A stretch of DNA of 64,000 nt from Eimeria praecox. Taxonomy: Eukaryota. A model generated the notes under the pieces. That model worked only from the letters and a program-made list of their open reading frames with translations, ran no database searches and had not been told where the DNA came from. The stretch's first letter is position 1; every line of letters begins with the position of its first letter. Below are positions 1-15,000 of this stretch, piece after piece. Where the stretch lies: the NCBI GenBank assembly GCA_963920595.1, contig OY986948.1, forward strand, positions 1,426,001 through 1,490,000, read 5' to 3'. A program made the position numbers and the translations under genes.

Positions 1-35
1 TTTTCTCCGGAAGTGCAGAAACGCGGTTTCCTCAT

Positions 36-3000
36 TCATGCATCAGTCGCCATGGTCAGCGCGACTCCCGCAAGTATCCAACGACGCTCCGAATCGTCAG
101 CACTCATTCTGATCCAGTAACAGCGCAAGGTGGGCAATAGACCCACAGCAAAATCAGGTAATGTTGACGCGGGCGGCAGAAGCTCAACCGTGACTTAAGG
201 GAAAGTGCTTGACGGGCCACTTTTACCGGTACACTGGAAGAGCTCTGCTTCAGGCAGGAAGACGCTGCTCACCTCAAGTTTGCAGTTGTCACGTATGTTG
301 GCCCTCTTGCTGAGGTGAGATAAACGGGGCAGCTGTACATTGCAGTGTTGTCGACTTCGGCAGTGGGTATGGCCTCTACTAGGAAGACAGGCATGGGGTA
401 CTGCAGGACTTTCGGCTGTGCATGTGTCAGATTGCCTTCAACGTCGCCCTTGCCCTCTTCCCAAGCTGCGCCTTCTAGGAAGAGCCCATGAATGAGCACG
501 CCCGTTTCAGGAGCAGACAGCGGCTGCTGCTGCGTTGCGCCTCCCTGCCCTGCCACTACTCCAGCGCCGTACCGAATGTTTGTCACTGTCCACCGCAAGC
601 ACATGCGGTCTAGAGCAAGCGATTCCGCTCGGGCACGCACCTGCGACCACAGGATCAACGCACGTATGCCCAACAAAAGGCATGAAACCATCGGGAGTCA
701 TTATTGGCCCATGAAGGTGTGTGCATATCACTTTTCTGGAATGGTTTGGCTACTTTGCTTTGCACTTAGACGGCCTGCTGTTCACTGGTAAGGCCAACCT
801 GCATGACAGCAGTTAGGAAGGACATGGGGTTAAAGAGCCCGGAAATCCACAATGGGCAGGGAAGAGTAAAGTCTGTGCTCCACTCCTCCAGTTGCTTCAC
901 ACGATGCAGTAGGTCATTTACCCTGAATTCATAAGCTCAAATGTATTTTATGGATTTTCTGGCAACCTTGTCCTCGAGGCAGTAATAGGCAGCGGCAGCT
1001 TCAGTAAGCACCATAAGAAATGTGTAGTTATTGTGGCGTTTGACGGAACTGACCAAGGCCCCAGCTGCTTGCGCGATTCATAAGCATACGGCTTCCAAGC
1101 TTCAGGGACTCTGCTCATGTTAAGGGAGGCTTCAAGCTGCTCCATAGCGTCCGTCACGTTTAATGCACCCTGCCCACAAGCAGTAAGAAACCTTCCTGCT
1201 CACTGGATACCTTATAAGCTGTCCCTTTAAAGCTTATTGAGCATTCATGCAAACCCTTTTCTCCTTGTGTTGCTGGTGAAGATCCCATGTCATGACTCTG
1301 TGCGCCTTGAGGCTTTTGCGTTGCCAGCATAAAGGGAGTATGCCGTAGCATTGGTGCATCAACGACCTCCAGGCCCTTCTTGAGTTGCTCCAGAGTTCGC
1401 CGTGCTTCGGCTAAAAGAACGTTCATTCGTTCCACTTCCTGATACAGTGCAGCATTTGTCACTACGATCATGCGATCCACCTTTAAATTACATTCGAGCG
1501 CTGTTTTGGCAGGGCGTCTGTTTTCTCTAAGAAGATGGTAAACAACTGGCAGCGGTGCTCCCATGTTTCTGCCTTGTGAACTACCGATAGCTTACTTGCA
1601 GACAGACGACGGTTGCAGGATGAAATTCTTTAACTTTCGCTCGAATGGCAGCAACATCAAATGGGACGGGCACTTTCCCAAGCAAGGAATCTACCATGCT
1701 CAGCACTGTGTCCTCCTTCCGACCTACAGAACTCCCACCTCCAGCAACGCCAGACACCTCCTGAGAGCAGACAGCACTCTAGTATGATTACCATTTAAAG
1801 ACAGGCCGGGGTTTGACAATGTCAAGCTTCGCATTCACTCCGGCCGAGGAATGCGTTCAAAATAATAGCTGCTCCGTTTCCAGGCGTTAGTCAAGCCATA
1901 CTTGTAGAGTAGTGAACAGTTCTTCGCTTTGGGAGCTCAAGCAACCCAATTCGGCATTTGGATGCAGCCCAAAAACCTTCACAGCAGTCACATGCACCCC
2001 CCACCATCAAACGTTCTGTGCTACTTCTAGAAAAAATGCGCATAATCCTCTTTGAGATAAATTGATGGATTGGGGGTGCAAAACTCAACACAGGCTTGTC
2101 AATAGGTTCCGATGCATCACTGTTAGTAGGTGCTGCATCAAACCTGGGGATTCTCCGGCGGCGTCTTCTCCTCGACAAACTTTTGGTATGCAGCGAATTC
2201 AGTCTTGGCTGGATCAGGCGTTCGGAAAGATGGCCCGAGCTGATAACTTTGGAGCACTTCAGGCAAGATCAAATTAGCCAGGTATGTGTTGTTCAAGCGC
2301 CGGTCGAACCCATCTGTTATGTGGCCGCCGTACATAATCTCTCCTAAGATGTATCGAATATCTTCGAAGGGAATTGTAGCGTACCTGAGCAGCCACCAGC
2401 ATACCACTGCAGTTGATGGTGCCCGATTCGCCCTAGGTGGTTAAGGCTGTTTCGTGTCATTAGCTGTTCAAGAGGTGCGTTGTAGTCCGTAAATTCGCAC
2501 TTGTCCAAGTAGTTCTTGATGACGTTGCCGCAAATTGTCAAATCACCCTCGTTAAATGAGTAAGATCGACTCCAACCCAGGAAACCAAACTTTTTGCGGC
2601 CAATAATAAGCGCGTGGAAGTAACACAAGGAAAATAGAAGGGCTTTAAATTCCCGAGGACGCGAACAGGAATCGACGACCTCCTGCAGCATGCGTCAAGT
2701 TTTCTTGCCAAGAAACGCTTGGGTGCCACGGTGTGGAAGCGATGATCTTGTCATACGCTTCGAGGATGAACATAATTGTGCTCGGGGTACGCTCCGTGTG
2801 TGTTTCACGCTTTCTGCAGTACTCAGCCAAATATCTCCTTTCAAATAGGTGCCCTGGCAGCAGCCTGTTACGTTAATCAATTGCCTATGCACTGACCTGA
2901 GAGAAGCAGCAGAGGGCTCTCCGGAGATTGGCTTTAAGATCTTGTGGAGCTTCGTCTGCTATCTTGATGCTCCGTTGGAGCAAGGCCTCGGGGATTATCT

Positions 3001-6000
3001 GCATATCTCGGAGAGGTGGGGGTTCAGAAGTCACGACGCACCTAAAATCGCGGTGCGCAGTCGTGCTAACCTCTTCTAGCGTCCTCTGAAGGCGCTGCAA
3101 TATTGCAGATCAGAAAATAATTCTGCCTGTACATGAGTGCCAGTGATTAATGAGTACTGTCACTATACAATAGCGGAAACATGATAGGGAAGAACTACTG
3201 TTCCTGCCCGCCGGCGATGGAAGTTGCGTGCCCAGCAGTGTCCAAAGCCAGAAACAGCGGGATTAGGCCTGTGTTAGAAGGCAAATACTTGCTTGCCTTG
3301 AGCCACTCTTGCATAAGGTGCACATTTTGCAGGACAACCCAGCCACCCAGCTTTGCTGCTTCTTGGACAGCAGCGAGCGCACGCTCTTCTTGGCCCTGAC
3401 CCATGGATATATTAACAAATTTACCATTATCCTGATGAACAGGGACCAGAGAAGCAAAAACGCCCTAATGTAACAATACGTTTGCCAGCCTTCTGTAAGG
3501 AGTCATTATCTTACGAGGCTCATTGTTGCCTCGTCGCAAGCCAAAATGTGAAGCACATAATGGTTGAGTACAGTTGGGCATAAACGAGAATAGTGCCTAA
3601 TGGATTGCATCGAAAAGTTGCAAGGCAGTGTTTTCTGCAGTATGTCTGTCTGTAGCGGAGCTTTAGTGCTGTAAAAAGGCAACCGTAGAAAGCTGACAGC
3701 TGTGCATCCTTTGGATCTTGCGGTAATCTCTAATACGGGTGTGGGGTCAACACCCGGGAACAGAACAATGAACAAAGGAGTGAATCTGTCAGCTTCTTTT
3801 TCGATCTCTTGCAGGTCAATGGCGGGAGGCTCTACAAAGAAGTGCCCCAGTTGCCCTGAGACAAACTGCTGAAGCGCCGAAATCATTCGATCTGGTCTAA
3901 GGTATCGCAGAAGAAGGAGCTTTTCAAAGTTGCTTATTCCTTTGAACAATCGTGGAAGGTCAGCGGCTTCTGGAGTGTCCTCAGCCATCCATCTGTGCAG
4001 CGCAGTAAAGAAACTAAGGGGAAAAATCCATTTATGGCTGTTGATATGGGGTTGTGAAGCTGTGAAGATGACAACCAGCGAACACTCTATCCTAGGGAGC
4101 TTGAGCAAGGGGACGGGGACCTGTTTCTAAGGAGCTAGCATGGCCGATAGGTGATGAAACTACTCCAAAAGGTGGCAAGTTGGCTTTGGGCACCGTTTGG
4201 GCCCCGAGCGCCGAGTGCAAGATACTATTTGATGCCCACCTAGCCCATCCGAGAGAGTCTTGATCGAAGTTTTGTAACAAGGATATTTGGTTGTTTTTGA
4301 ATGACTTCAGTTGCTCTAGGGACCGACAGCAGGCCCACTGGGCCTCGGAGAGCCATCCACGAGCAGCCTCAGGCATCGGGGGCGCACTTGGATCTGGGCG
4401 AACCTGTGACAGCAGACGGACTTCTTCCTCTGTGACGGAGTTTTGCTCCTCCTGAAGCACAATCAGACGCATCTGGGGATATGGAATTCCCGGTTTCTCG
4501 TTTGCTTACAGATGTTACGCATAGGACACACGATCACTTAGGCAAACTAACCGCGAAGCTGTGGCCCGTGTGGGAAAGGACATTTGAACAACAACAATTT
4601 GCCTTCAGCGCCTATGGTAGGAACTTGCCATGATACGCAGGGTCAGGAAGACCGCAACAGTCAGCTTGTGCTTGTCGAACAACCCCCTGTTGCATGATAC
4701 AAAGGTAAATTTGGTTATGACTTCCTTGAGCAGAGCAACACGAGACGCATCGGGGCTAACATCCTTTTCGTCTTCCTCCTCCACGTCTTCAGTCTTTGCA
4801 GATTCGTCTGCAGCGCTTCGAATGGAAGGTTCCGGCACTTGATCTGGGTGCCGTATCTCTCCGTTCGAACCGTCTGTTCCTGCACATTCTGCATTGTCAG
4901 TGGCTGGTGATCCAGACTCGCCACTGGGCTGTGCATCTTCGTCTTCTGCCTCTCCAGCAGGAGTCTGCAGAATAAGTTAAAACCTGAATACAACTAGATT
5001 TCAGATGGCATGCACATGCGGGACATTTATCTCTGCAAGCAGCAGGGAGAAATCAATGGCCCACTTTGTCGGTGTTCTCTTCTGTTGAATTCCCTGTGGC
5101 AGCAAGCTCGCAGTTTCCTTCTGGTGTTGGATTGTTGCCATTTAGTTCAGTGTTGTCTAGTCCTGCCTCTGGGGTCCCCGCCCTGTTCTCAGCCTCAGGT
5201 TCTGCTATCACTTCGTCGCCTGCCTGCGGTTTCTGAATGCAACAGAAATTCGAAATGGCTTTGCGTGATGCTATTAATGTTGCACGGTCTCACTTGTCCT
5301 TCCGTCAGCTCTGTAAGCGGTCCTTAACTTGTACTCCTTTGCTAAAGAATGCTCGGCTAAAATAACTTCGTACCTCTGAAATGGAGTCGATCGCCCGATT
5401 TATCACCGCCACGAACGACTCCATGGAAAACAAGTAAAAACTGTGGATTTTAAAGAGCTGAGCTAACAGAAAAAATAGCCTCGCTCCTCGGCGCGCAACA
5501 GGTCTATACATTTCGGATATCGCATTTAGTTTCTCTTCAGTTACTTTCGCGAGGGCCACCTTTTCAGAAACTTCTGTGGTGACTCTCTTTGTTTTCTCCA
5601 GGTTTTGAATTAGCTCAATGTTCTCCAAAACGTCTCCCTGATAGACAAAAATGGATTCACACGACGTTTCTCCTCTAGGCGTTCGTATTCAAGCTGCAGT
5701 GTATTACCAACCACGCTGCAGTTCATAGGGTGTATCGTCGGCGCAAATACAACGCAAGCACAGTTACTGGCAAGCCAGTTTGCTACGTCCTTAGAGCACG
5801 ACTGGAAAATGCTACGCTCAAGGAAAGCTACTGCACCTGCCATGCCGTGATAACGCTGCTGTCGAGATAGTCGTGGGAAGATAGCATTAGCTGCTCAGAT
5901 GTAAAGCTGCGATAGGAATGGTCGCTTACTTCGGCAGATGATATATCCCTCAAAAGAGTATTTTCGAGTTCGGCGAGGAGAATAGTAAACTCATTTTGCT

Positions 6001-9000
6001 GCTGCACAAGGTGTATCCTCCTCTGGAAGAGCCTCGGCTGTTCTTTCTGCATCGTCAAGTCCAGAAGCTGGTCCTCCAGACCCTTCGTGAACAAACGCAA
6101 GCGGACGTAAGTCGGTCGGATTTGCTACTCTTTGGGGAAGAGGCTTCGCTGCTTGTGCCCATTCCCTCTACGCATCCTTCTGTAGCAAAACAAACGGTGA
6201 GAAGACAACTTGCCTTCTCAGTAACTGTAAAATTTATAAGCGTGCATTCCGCCTGAAGTTCTGGGGGATAATGTGGATTAGATAGCCGCGTCTGCAGAAT
6301 GAGCCTGAAATTGGCATTGTAAGAAACCTCTTTGTCCCCCAGTTTGAGATATTGCGACCGTCCCCTCCGGATGGTTTGGCGTCCTACAACGGGGGCCAGA
6401 ACGGGGTCGATGGAGGTTTCCAAGTTTTCAATCAGCACGCTGGTGCCTTGCTGAATTGCCATCTCTATCAATGCTACCATGCGAGGAGTACTAAGGCGCA
6501 GCACCTGCAGTTACGCCTCACGCACTGCCACAGTTCCTTTGGGCGCTATATTCCCTGTGATTGTAATCTGCCTGCAACGCCACTGGAATATAAGTCTCCG
6601 CAGGAACGACCCCTATGCTCAAGTGAAAAGTGAAGTCGATCACTGCTGTTGCCCTGCTGTAAAAAGTTGTTCAAGGCTAGGGACTATATAGCAACAGCGT
6701 GCTTTTTATCACCGCTGGAGGGATATGCTCTCAGCTAATAAGCCACGTGCCTGGAGGCGATTCTCCCTTTCCCTTTCCACAATCCATTTTCTCCCTTGCA
6801 ACTGAGGATCTATCATAAGGGGCCAGCGCTCCGTTGAAGAGGCGATTGCGCCATTTTCTATGGATGTTGCATCTGAAGGTAGCCCTTGGTTGTTCCACCT
6901 GGCAGGCAGTGGCACCCATTCCCCTCGGGTTACCGGCTATTGCAGTTCCTGACCGGAAAATCCCAAGAGTTTCTGTCTACGCCGAAGTTACCAAGGATAG
7001 TCATCTAAATGAATAAGTATGCTTTCCAATGAAATGTGAATAGCCAGATTACTTTTGCGCAGCACTCACAGAGCCATTTCAGCTTCATCTGTCAGCTGGG
7101 CAAGAACATCTGCCGGTTGCCGCAGTGGCACTCCACGTTCGACTAAAAATGGCACTGCCTTTTCGTACATCAGCCAGTCCCGATATTTCTTGCTAAACAC
7201 ACCAGCATATGCCACGAAGGATGACGACAGTAGCACGTCACCGACAGAAACCCGTCGCTGAGCACACAAACCGGATCCAAAGCCAAACAGGCGATATCCA
7301 AGCTTCTTTAGCCTGTAAGTATTTTCCCTTAAAAGTGACGTCTTCATGCAGTTCGTATGAAGCTTATAATGCACAGAACCTGCAAGGGGGGCCGGAAAAG
7401 CTTAGCGTGATGCGACAACTGAGCGCGGCAGCCCACGAGTAGCCCATCTGCTGACTTGTTCTTTTAGATCATCAATCGTTTGCCCCCACCGGGCTCCCTC
7501 TGATCCCAAAGAGCGCATTAGCCTCTGTGCGAGATCCAATTTCCTCTGGCATTTTTCGGCCTCGGCTTCCACCGCATTTTTCTCGGCTATGGCAGAATCG
7601 AATTCAGCAACAAGCTGACCCAACTGAGGCAAGACAAGTCCACTGTCCGGCTCCTTGCGGCCTCAGAAACCTTCTACTACATGCAGTTTTGGGGTTTTCC
7701 AAAATTAAACCGCCTGTTATGTTTTCCATTGAAATTCTGGAGGCACTACGACTCTGAAAGTGGCCACCCGGTGCGTGTTCAACAGATGTGAAGCATTAGG
7801 ACATTACCTTTTCCTCAAGCTCCGCAACCAGTTTCTGCACCTCGACGAGCTTCTTGTTTGCGTCCTCGAGTTGTTGAGTGGCTTCGGCCAACGCTCTCCT
7901 TTTCGGCTCGACGGATACAACCACAGTATAGTATTGGTAAATGTTGACTACCCACTCTGCAAGCCCTGCTGCAGCTGTACTCTTCTTCTGAATTGCCTCA
8001 CGATTAAAGTGAGGAAGCGCCAGCAATGGCTCCACGGCTTTGAAATTCTGTTCGGGCACGCGCCCGTCGTCAATGACACTCTTGAAGTCCTTAAGCGTCT
8101 GCAGGAACTTTTCTGGATTGTTCATCATTTTCTGTGCGCCCTTCCAGCTCTTGTCCTTGAGTTTCCCTTGTTTATCTACCTGCAGTCAGACTACCAGCAT
8201 GCGTGCACTTCCTTGGGAGCCGCGAAGCAAGCTATATGAATCTGCTGTTCAGCAAAATAAAGTTTTGTAAGTTGAAGAAGCCATGGTTGCCCCAATAACT
8301 ATTCTCGAAAGAGACACATTCACTCAGGAGCTTAATAATGGAACTGGATTATCCTCTTCTCATAGCTGATGGCCCATGGCAGCTCGTGTTCCATCGGCCT
8401 TACCTCAATGATTGGGTCAACACTTGCAAGCAAGTGCATGACGGCAGCGGTAATGTCTTCAACGCCTGGTGGAGGCTTGTTGAGAGCTTTTGCCTCCTGA
8501 AAGTCCTTCTTATTGAGTGTGTTCAAGGCCGCCTCTGCTTGTTCTACGAGGGGAATGGCTTTTTCTAAATCAGCCTCGCACGATGCCTAAAGAGCCACAG
8601 TTGACCAATTTACGTCTGTATTTGCTCTTCATGCTGCAGTAAATTCTCCGTATTCTCATTCAGTGCTTGCAGCCTGCTCCTAAAACAATAGTTCGTGAAC
8701 AATGTAAGCGTGGGAAATGCAAACGAGCACTGAAAAGCAAGTAGAACTTCCATTAGCGGAGTCAATGCAAAGATATATTTCACTATCCAATAGATTGACT
8801 GCACTCGAGGCTATCTCCAAGCTGTCATGTGTGCATTACTGGCTCACTCTTTGCTCAGAAACGGATTTCTGTATTTCTGCGCACTTGAGGGCCTCAACGT
8901 TGGCATTTTCGGATTCAGCAGTAACCTTGGCCTTTTCTTCGCCAACCTTCTGCGCAAATTCCTCAGCGGCGGCCTTTTTCTCTTCAACAGCAACTGTCTT

Positions 9001-12000
9001 TTCCCGTAAGTCATCCTCTAATGCCGAAACCTTTTCCTGAGTATCTAGGAGCTTCGATAGGCCGCTACTTAGGCGTTCGCTATGCTCTTCTATCGAAGAT
9101 ATGCGCTTTAGCAGCATGGTCTGGTAGAGCTTCATGGCCTCTATGAACGTCTTCGGCGTCACGTAAGCAAATCTGAGGTCAAATGTAGGCGCATACTTTT
9201 CTCCTTAGTTGTCAGATGCATGCAGCTTTCATGTTCCCCGCCAAAGAGCGGCTTCCTGCTGCAGGGTAAGGCCGGCTCCCGTTGTGATTACCTGCGCTCT
9301 ACTTCTAGGTACGTTTGTGCCGCATCACTGACGGAGTAGAACATGTAGGGCAGAAACTCCACAACGGAGCAGCGGGTTGAGTCTTCGTCCCCAATGGGCA
9401 ATTCCGCGCAAAATTTGCTTGCCACAGAATGTAACGCTTCATAAGGCCAAGGTTGGAACCAGTCTATTACGGTGCAGTTGACGAGGGCTGGAAACTTTCG
9501 AGCCCGAGTCCTAAGTTAAACAGAAACCAGTTTGCGTGAATACACCATTTACATACATACATGCATATTTGTGCTTTGACGACAGCTGCGGATGCACCAT
9601 GTGAAACTCAGTGTGCATAGCCTTGGAAGTTGCCGGTAAGTTGCAACCCAAGAACCTCTTTATCCTCACCTCAGCCCGTCACCGACAGGTGACAAGCACA
9701 AAACAGCATGCAAGTTTCGCCTAATCTTGTCAATAAAAAAGCCCCAGCAGCCTTCTCGGCTGTCTGAAACTCCAGCAGCTTTCGCCAGTGGGCGTATGGA
9801 ATTCATCAACTGCTCTTTGTCGTCTCCCTCGTATAAATCTGCAATATCTCCCGAGGCAAGTAAGTCATTAACATAAACCAGGAACCTTTCATTAGCGATT
9901 TGTGCGTCACTCAGCAGAAAGACCACTCCTTCATCTTTTAGGGCTGCCCTGGAGTACATGCTCTGGTAAAAACAGAAAACGCCAAACCGCAAGAGACCAC
10001 CAATCTGGGTTCTAGGTGGCCAGAAGGATTGTTCACCTTCCCGTGCGCCACACAACCAATTTCGCCTACCAAAAAAGACGCAAGCCAAACCGTGGGAAGC
10101 TGACGATGCGTCGGCTACCCTGGCATGCAAGCTCATGAACAACTTTTAAACGCAACAAGAAAGTACTACTCCGTTTGCGATAATACTGTCCAGCGAGAGA
10201 TTATCAAATCATGCGCACAGGAGCTCCCTACTCTAATATCATTTTTGAGGTCCCGAATATCATATGTGGACGATATGCTCAGCTGGTGAGTAGCAAATCC
10301 GCTAATGAATGACGATAGTCTTGTTAACGACTGTTTCCCCGACCCTCCGACGCCCACAACAAGAGCATGACCTGCTCTGTTGTTGATGACCCTACAAATC
10401 CTGCAGACGTGATGCATAGCGTCGTCGAACAGCACCAGGTCCATTGCGGGATTCAACTCATTGTAGTCGTTCAAAGCTCCTCGAAGAATCGTTGCAAGCT
10501 CGTCCATTGAACCAATCCGATCGTAGGCTGGGGCGCAAAACATGAAACAAATCAAAGCCCAAATTTGTCGAATACGCCTCTGACTACAGCAGTTAAGTGC
10601 ATGTTTCTGGTTGGTTTAGCACAAAGGAGGTCTTTATTCATTGCCGCATTCGTTTGACCTCCCATTCCTTCTTTGCCAAAGTGGGCAAAGATGGACGCCT
10701 CTGGATTCTTTGCTTGTATGACCTTCCCGATATTGAACTTCCCGAAGTTTCGTTTGGCACACTCAGCCGCAATTGCTCTGTATTTTTTTCCGTCTTCTGG
10801 CGTAACAAGGCGGTCACAAAATGTTCTTTCGCACTCATGCAGCCAAAGAAGCACCAGCTTTTCTGGATCCTGCGAAGGCAACCCGGTCCAGATATGTGTC
10901 GAAAACACTTTTCTTTGGCATCTTGAGGATACTTTGGCTATGAAGTGCAGGAAAACAAGGCTTCCTTACTGGGAGCCTATGACTGAGGTGAATTTGCCAT
11001 TTTGCATAAGTGTGATGGTAAAGGGTGACCACTGTGTTTAAGCAAGGGTTTTCGCGTTGCAGCCAAGGAAAGCCACCACCTGCATGTTTTGAGGAGGCAT
11101 AGACAAAATTCCTTGGAACACATTTGTCAGGTGCCGCATATTGAACTCGTAGTGGAAGTTAACGGCGGTCTTCCGGAAGGTTTGTACCACCTAAGCTTCA
11201 CACAGTCTCATGTTTGCGCGAGTATAGTGAAGCTGTAGCCCTAGCTGTTGGAACCTCAGTCATGATGTGAACCGCTTGTGTGGGCGTAGCCCGCAATTCG
11301 TTAACTACCGAGAAAAAAAGTAGCAATCTCACCTCTGTATAAATTCCCATGGTTGCTTTGATCACTGGCATTACTTGCTCCTTGACAGCCTTCCGAAAGT
11401 TTCCCACATCGAAAAATCCATTCATAATTGAAGCGTAGATTGTGAAGAGAGACGTCAATTCAGGCATGGGGACATTTAATACCCAGAAATGGCGGCTGAG
11501 GCGAGGGTTCACGACAAATGACCCTGCTGTAGGATTCATAGCTGCCAGGACTTGCGTGTTGCTGATATCTTTCATTTGCATCTTGTTTCTGTCGAGCCAA
11601 TGCTGATAGTCCATATGCTGCCTCAGCAGGGCGATCGCGCTTTGGGTATTATAGGGATCAAGCTGAGGCATGTTCAGGTCGTCTAGAAAGTAGACCAGGT
11701 GTACCCTGGAAAGCAAGCAAGCATTCAGCAGCTGCTCAAAAAATCATTAGTGTCCTGCACTGGGCAGTTCCTGCAGTTCCTACTGTATCAGAACGTGGAT
11801 TCTGACTAGAGAGACGTTGCCACGCTTACTTTCCCGGTGGACCATATTGCCTGCCTGCCTTTTTTTCAAGGGGCTGTTCGAGGAGTGTCTGAAGGAGCGT
11901 GGAATCTGTGTAAAAGTTAAAGTTGACCGAAAAGGAAGAAAATGTCTCAGGATCCAGGGACGCCAGAGCTGTTCTACATAACTGGGTTTTACCGCACCCC

Positions 12001-15000
12001 GCCGAACCAATACACATAACTGGGGCATGAATTTTTAATATAGTCTTGCAAAAGTGAAGCATTGACACTGTTTCAGCAGTTGGAACTGATATGCTGTCAA
12101 TGGCTTCCCTCCCGGTGAATTGCAAGGTGGGGACCTGTGACTCCCAGCTTTCAAATTTTGCCTGAATAAAACATCACTGCCGTGGCTCCCAAGTTTCTCG
12201 AAGACAGGCCCTGCAGTTTATGGTACTTTTAGATGGGATGCCATTAACGATTTCCAAAAGTGGCCGAAACATTCTGCACTATGTTAGGCTTTAATCATTG
12301 GCTTTCCACTGCTGGGAATCCTTGCGCAGCTTGTTTGTGCGGTGTGCCTAGCAGCTCACAGTGTCAACAAAATATTCAAAGATTGACCCTTTGCTTGGGA
12401 ACTTGATGACTTTCCACTCGGATCTCCACCAGTTATTGAACTGCCTTCTATAATCGATTCCATCCTTCTCCTGTAGACTGCCTCCTGCAGCCCAGACAAG
12501 GCAAAAGACAAACGCGAACTCAGGCGCCTGTGGCTCTTCAGGGTAGAGCCCTTCAAGCTGAGCGCACCCGCAACCACATTTGCGCACACACAAAGACTTT
12601 TCTCCGCAGGCGCAGCCATCTGCCTTCCTCATTTAAATTTACCTATCCCCTGGCATGCATTGCCACTTTCAAGAACGCACCATATTGCAGAGGGCAGCTA
12701 TAATTTGTAGACTGTACACTTGAACGCTAAGCTTGCATTGCCTCTCAACAAATTCAAGCGTAGCAGGACAGTATTTTTCAAATAATTTGGCTACATCTGC
12801 CTTGGTTGCTTCCGACCAGCCCTGGCGCTGCAGCCAGCTTTGCACATAGCTCCTCCATTGTTCCCCTACACGCAGAAGCCACACTTTATTTTGGCTGACC
12901 ACCTAAAGGCCATATTCAAGCTCTAGGAGGTCGTTGTGCATGCAGCAACCCACTTAGTCTTCCTCGTTGGTACGGCCGCCAGCGTTGACGAGTAGCTCAG
13001 ACGCACCTGATGAGTCGCTCACAAAGATGATTCCTGCTCTGGAAACAGTTGCTGGAGAGGCAAATTTGAGATCTCTTATTTCAAAAATCATGCGCATATG
13101 AGGCTTCAGCGGAATACGCTCATTTGACGCGAGTGTCAGGATTCGATTGTCGTCCATCACAGAGTTCATGGACTCAATCCAGTTGGCATCCAAATCGCCG
13201 TCCAACACTATCCATTTCGGCAACGTATCAGGAATTTGTCCTAATGAACGCATTGTTTTCGATAATATGCCGTCCTGCCACTCTCGAGTTGACATTTTTA
13301 CATACCTGAAGGGATGGTAACAAAGCTCACGCCACTGTCAAGCATCCTTCCTGGAAACCAATTTCTCATATTCACTGCAGCTTGAGTGCTAAACTGGCAA
13401 TTCCATGTAGGAAACGTGTCGCGCAAGCCAGACGCAAGCTATGCAGGTCTCCTTACCCGTAGAGCTCATCTGTGCTCACAGACTTCGGGTTGATGTCGAC
13501 AATGGTGGTTTTGCTTCCAAGAGCATCCTGAGTCTTTGCGAGCACTTTCCAAACCGTGCTTTTCCCAGAGGCTGGGCGCCCCATGACGAAAACACACATA
13601 CGAATGGCAAGAAGGTCCCTCATTTGTAGGGCTTTCAGCGCCAAACCGTCGTTAACAGTCAGCCCCATGTCGTTGCAGACTTTTAAAACAGCCTCCGAGA
13701 AGGCTGCATCTGTTTGTGGAGGTGGTTCAACTCCAGGGAACAAGTCACTTAAAAGTCCTGAACGCAGGGTCGGCAGACGAGCTTTTCTCGCTCTGCCATG
13801 TGCATCAACAGAACTAGAGTGCGTCGCTTTTCGGCCGTTGCTAGCAGAACCTGAATACGGAGGAATTTCAGTGGGTGTAAATGCTCCTCGTTGTACCCTG
13901 GAATATTTTGGCGTCATCCGCTACAATTTTGGCCAAGTTAGAATCCCTCAACGCCTTCATGAGAATCGCCTGCTCAGATAGTTCAGGCCATTCTCTTTTG
14001 AAAGTCCCGGCAACAACCAGTACAGATTTGATCGCGCGCAGCCCCCAGTCATAGTGTGCAGCTCTTGATAGCAAGTCCTTGCACAACGCATACAGTCTGG
14101 TGAATTTCCTGGCGAGTTCCTTTGCCTCTACGAAGCCTTCAGCCATTAGCATGTTTTCGCAGATCAACTCCAAGTCGGGGACAACCACAGTTATTGGCCT
14201 GAATAGGGCTTTCAGCCCTTCAGGAAGCTCAGAACGGCCCAAGTACCCGGGATTCATCTGAAGAATGAATATTCCACAGAAGAAGGATTCCGTACTCCAT
14301 TTGTAAGCATTATATCTATGCAGGTTGGAACGGGCTCCGCCGGGTTCCTTGGTCTGGCTATGGGCTCTCTAAAGAAGGCTAAATCGCAGACGTACGGTAA
14401 TAAAAACTCCGCAGGTGCGGTCCAAGGCCGTTTCATCTCCCTGGATAAAAAACTTTTCTGCATTTGCCTTGATAGCATCAACCACTGACTTAAACTGAAC
14501 GGAGCACACACTAAGGACTGCAGGCACCAGACGATTGAACTCGTCAAAGCATCCCCAGGAGCCAGAAGCAGCAAGCCCCTGAAATCCACATACAGCACAA
14601 AGCAGGAGGGCAGCACAGGCAGGCATCATTTACGTCCTTGACAAAAAGGCAAGCCCCGACAATTGCGTTCCGGTCCTCGGTAAGTGTCTCTACTCCTTGC
14701 TACACGCAATTAGCTGACCTTGAAAATATTCGCCATGGATTGGTAGTCCATTTGATCCGAGCAGTTGAAAACATAGCAAGCCTTGCCAAGGGCTGAAGCA
14801 AGGTCTTTGGTTGTCTCCGTTTTACCCGTTCCTGCTGGACCAGCTGGTGCGCATCCCATAGAGAGATGCAGAGCCTGGGTTGCGGTGACGTAAATTCTGT
14901 CAGTCAAAGGAGTGACCACGAGGCGCGGCCCGTTACCGAGGTACTCATAACCGTAGGCAAAGGCTGCATCTGTAATTCGAATAGAAACGTCTTCCTGCGC

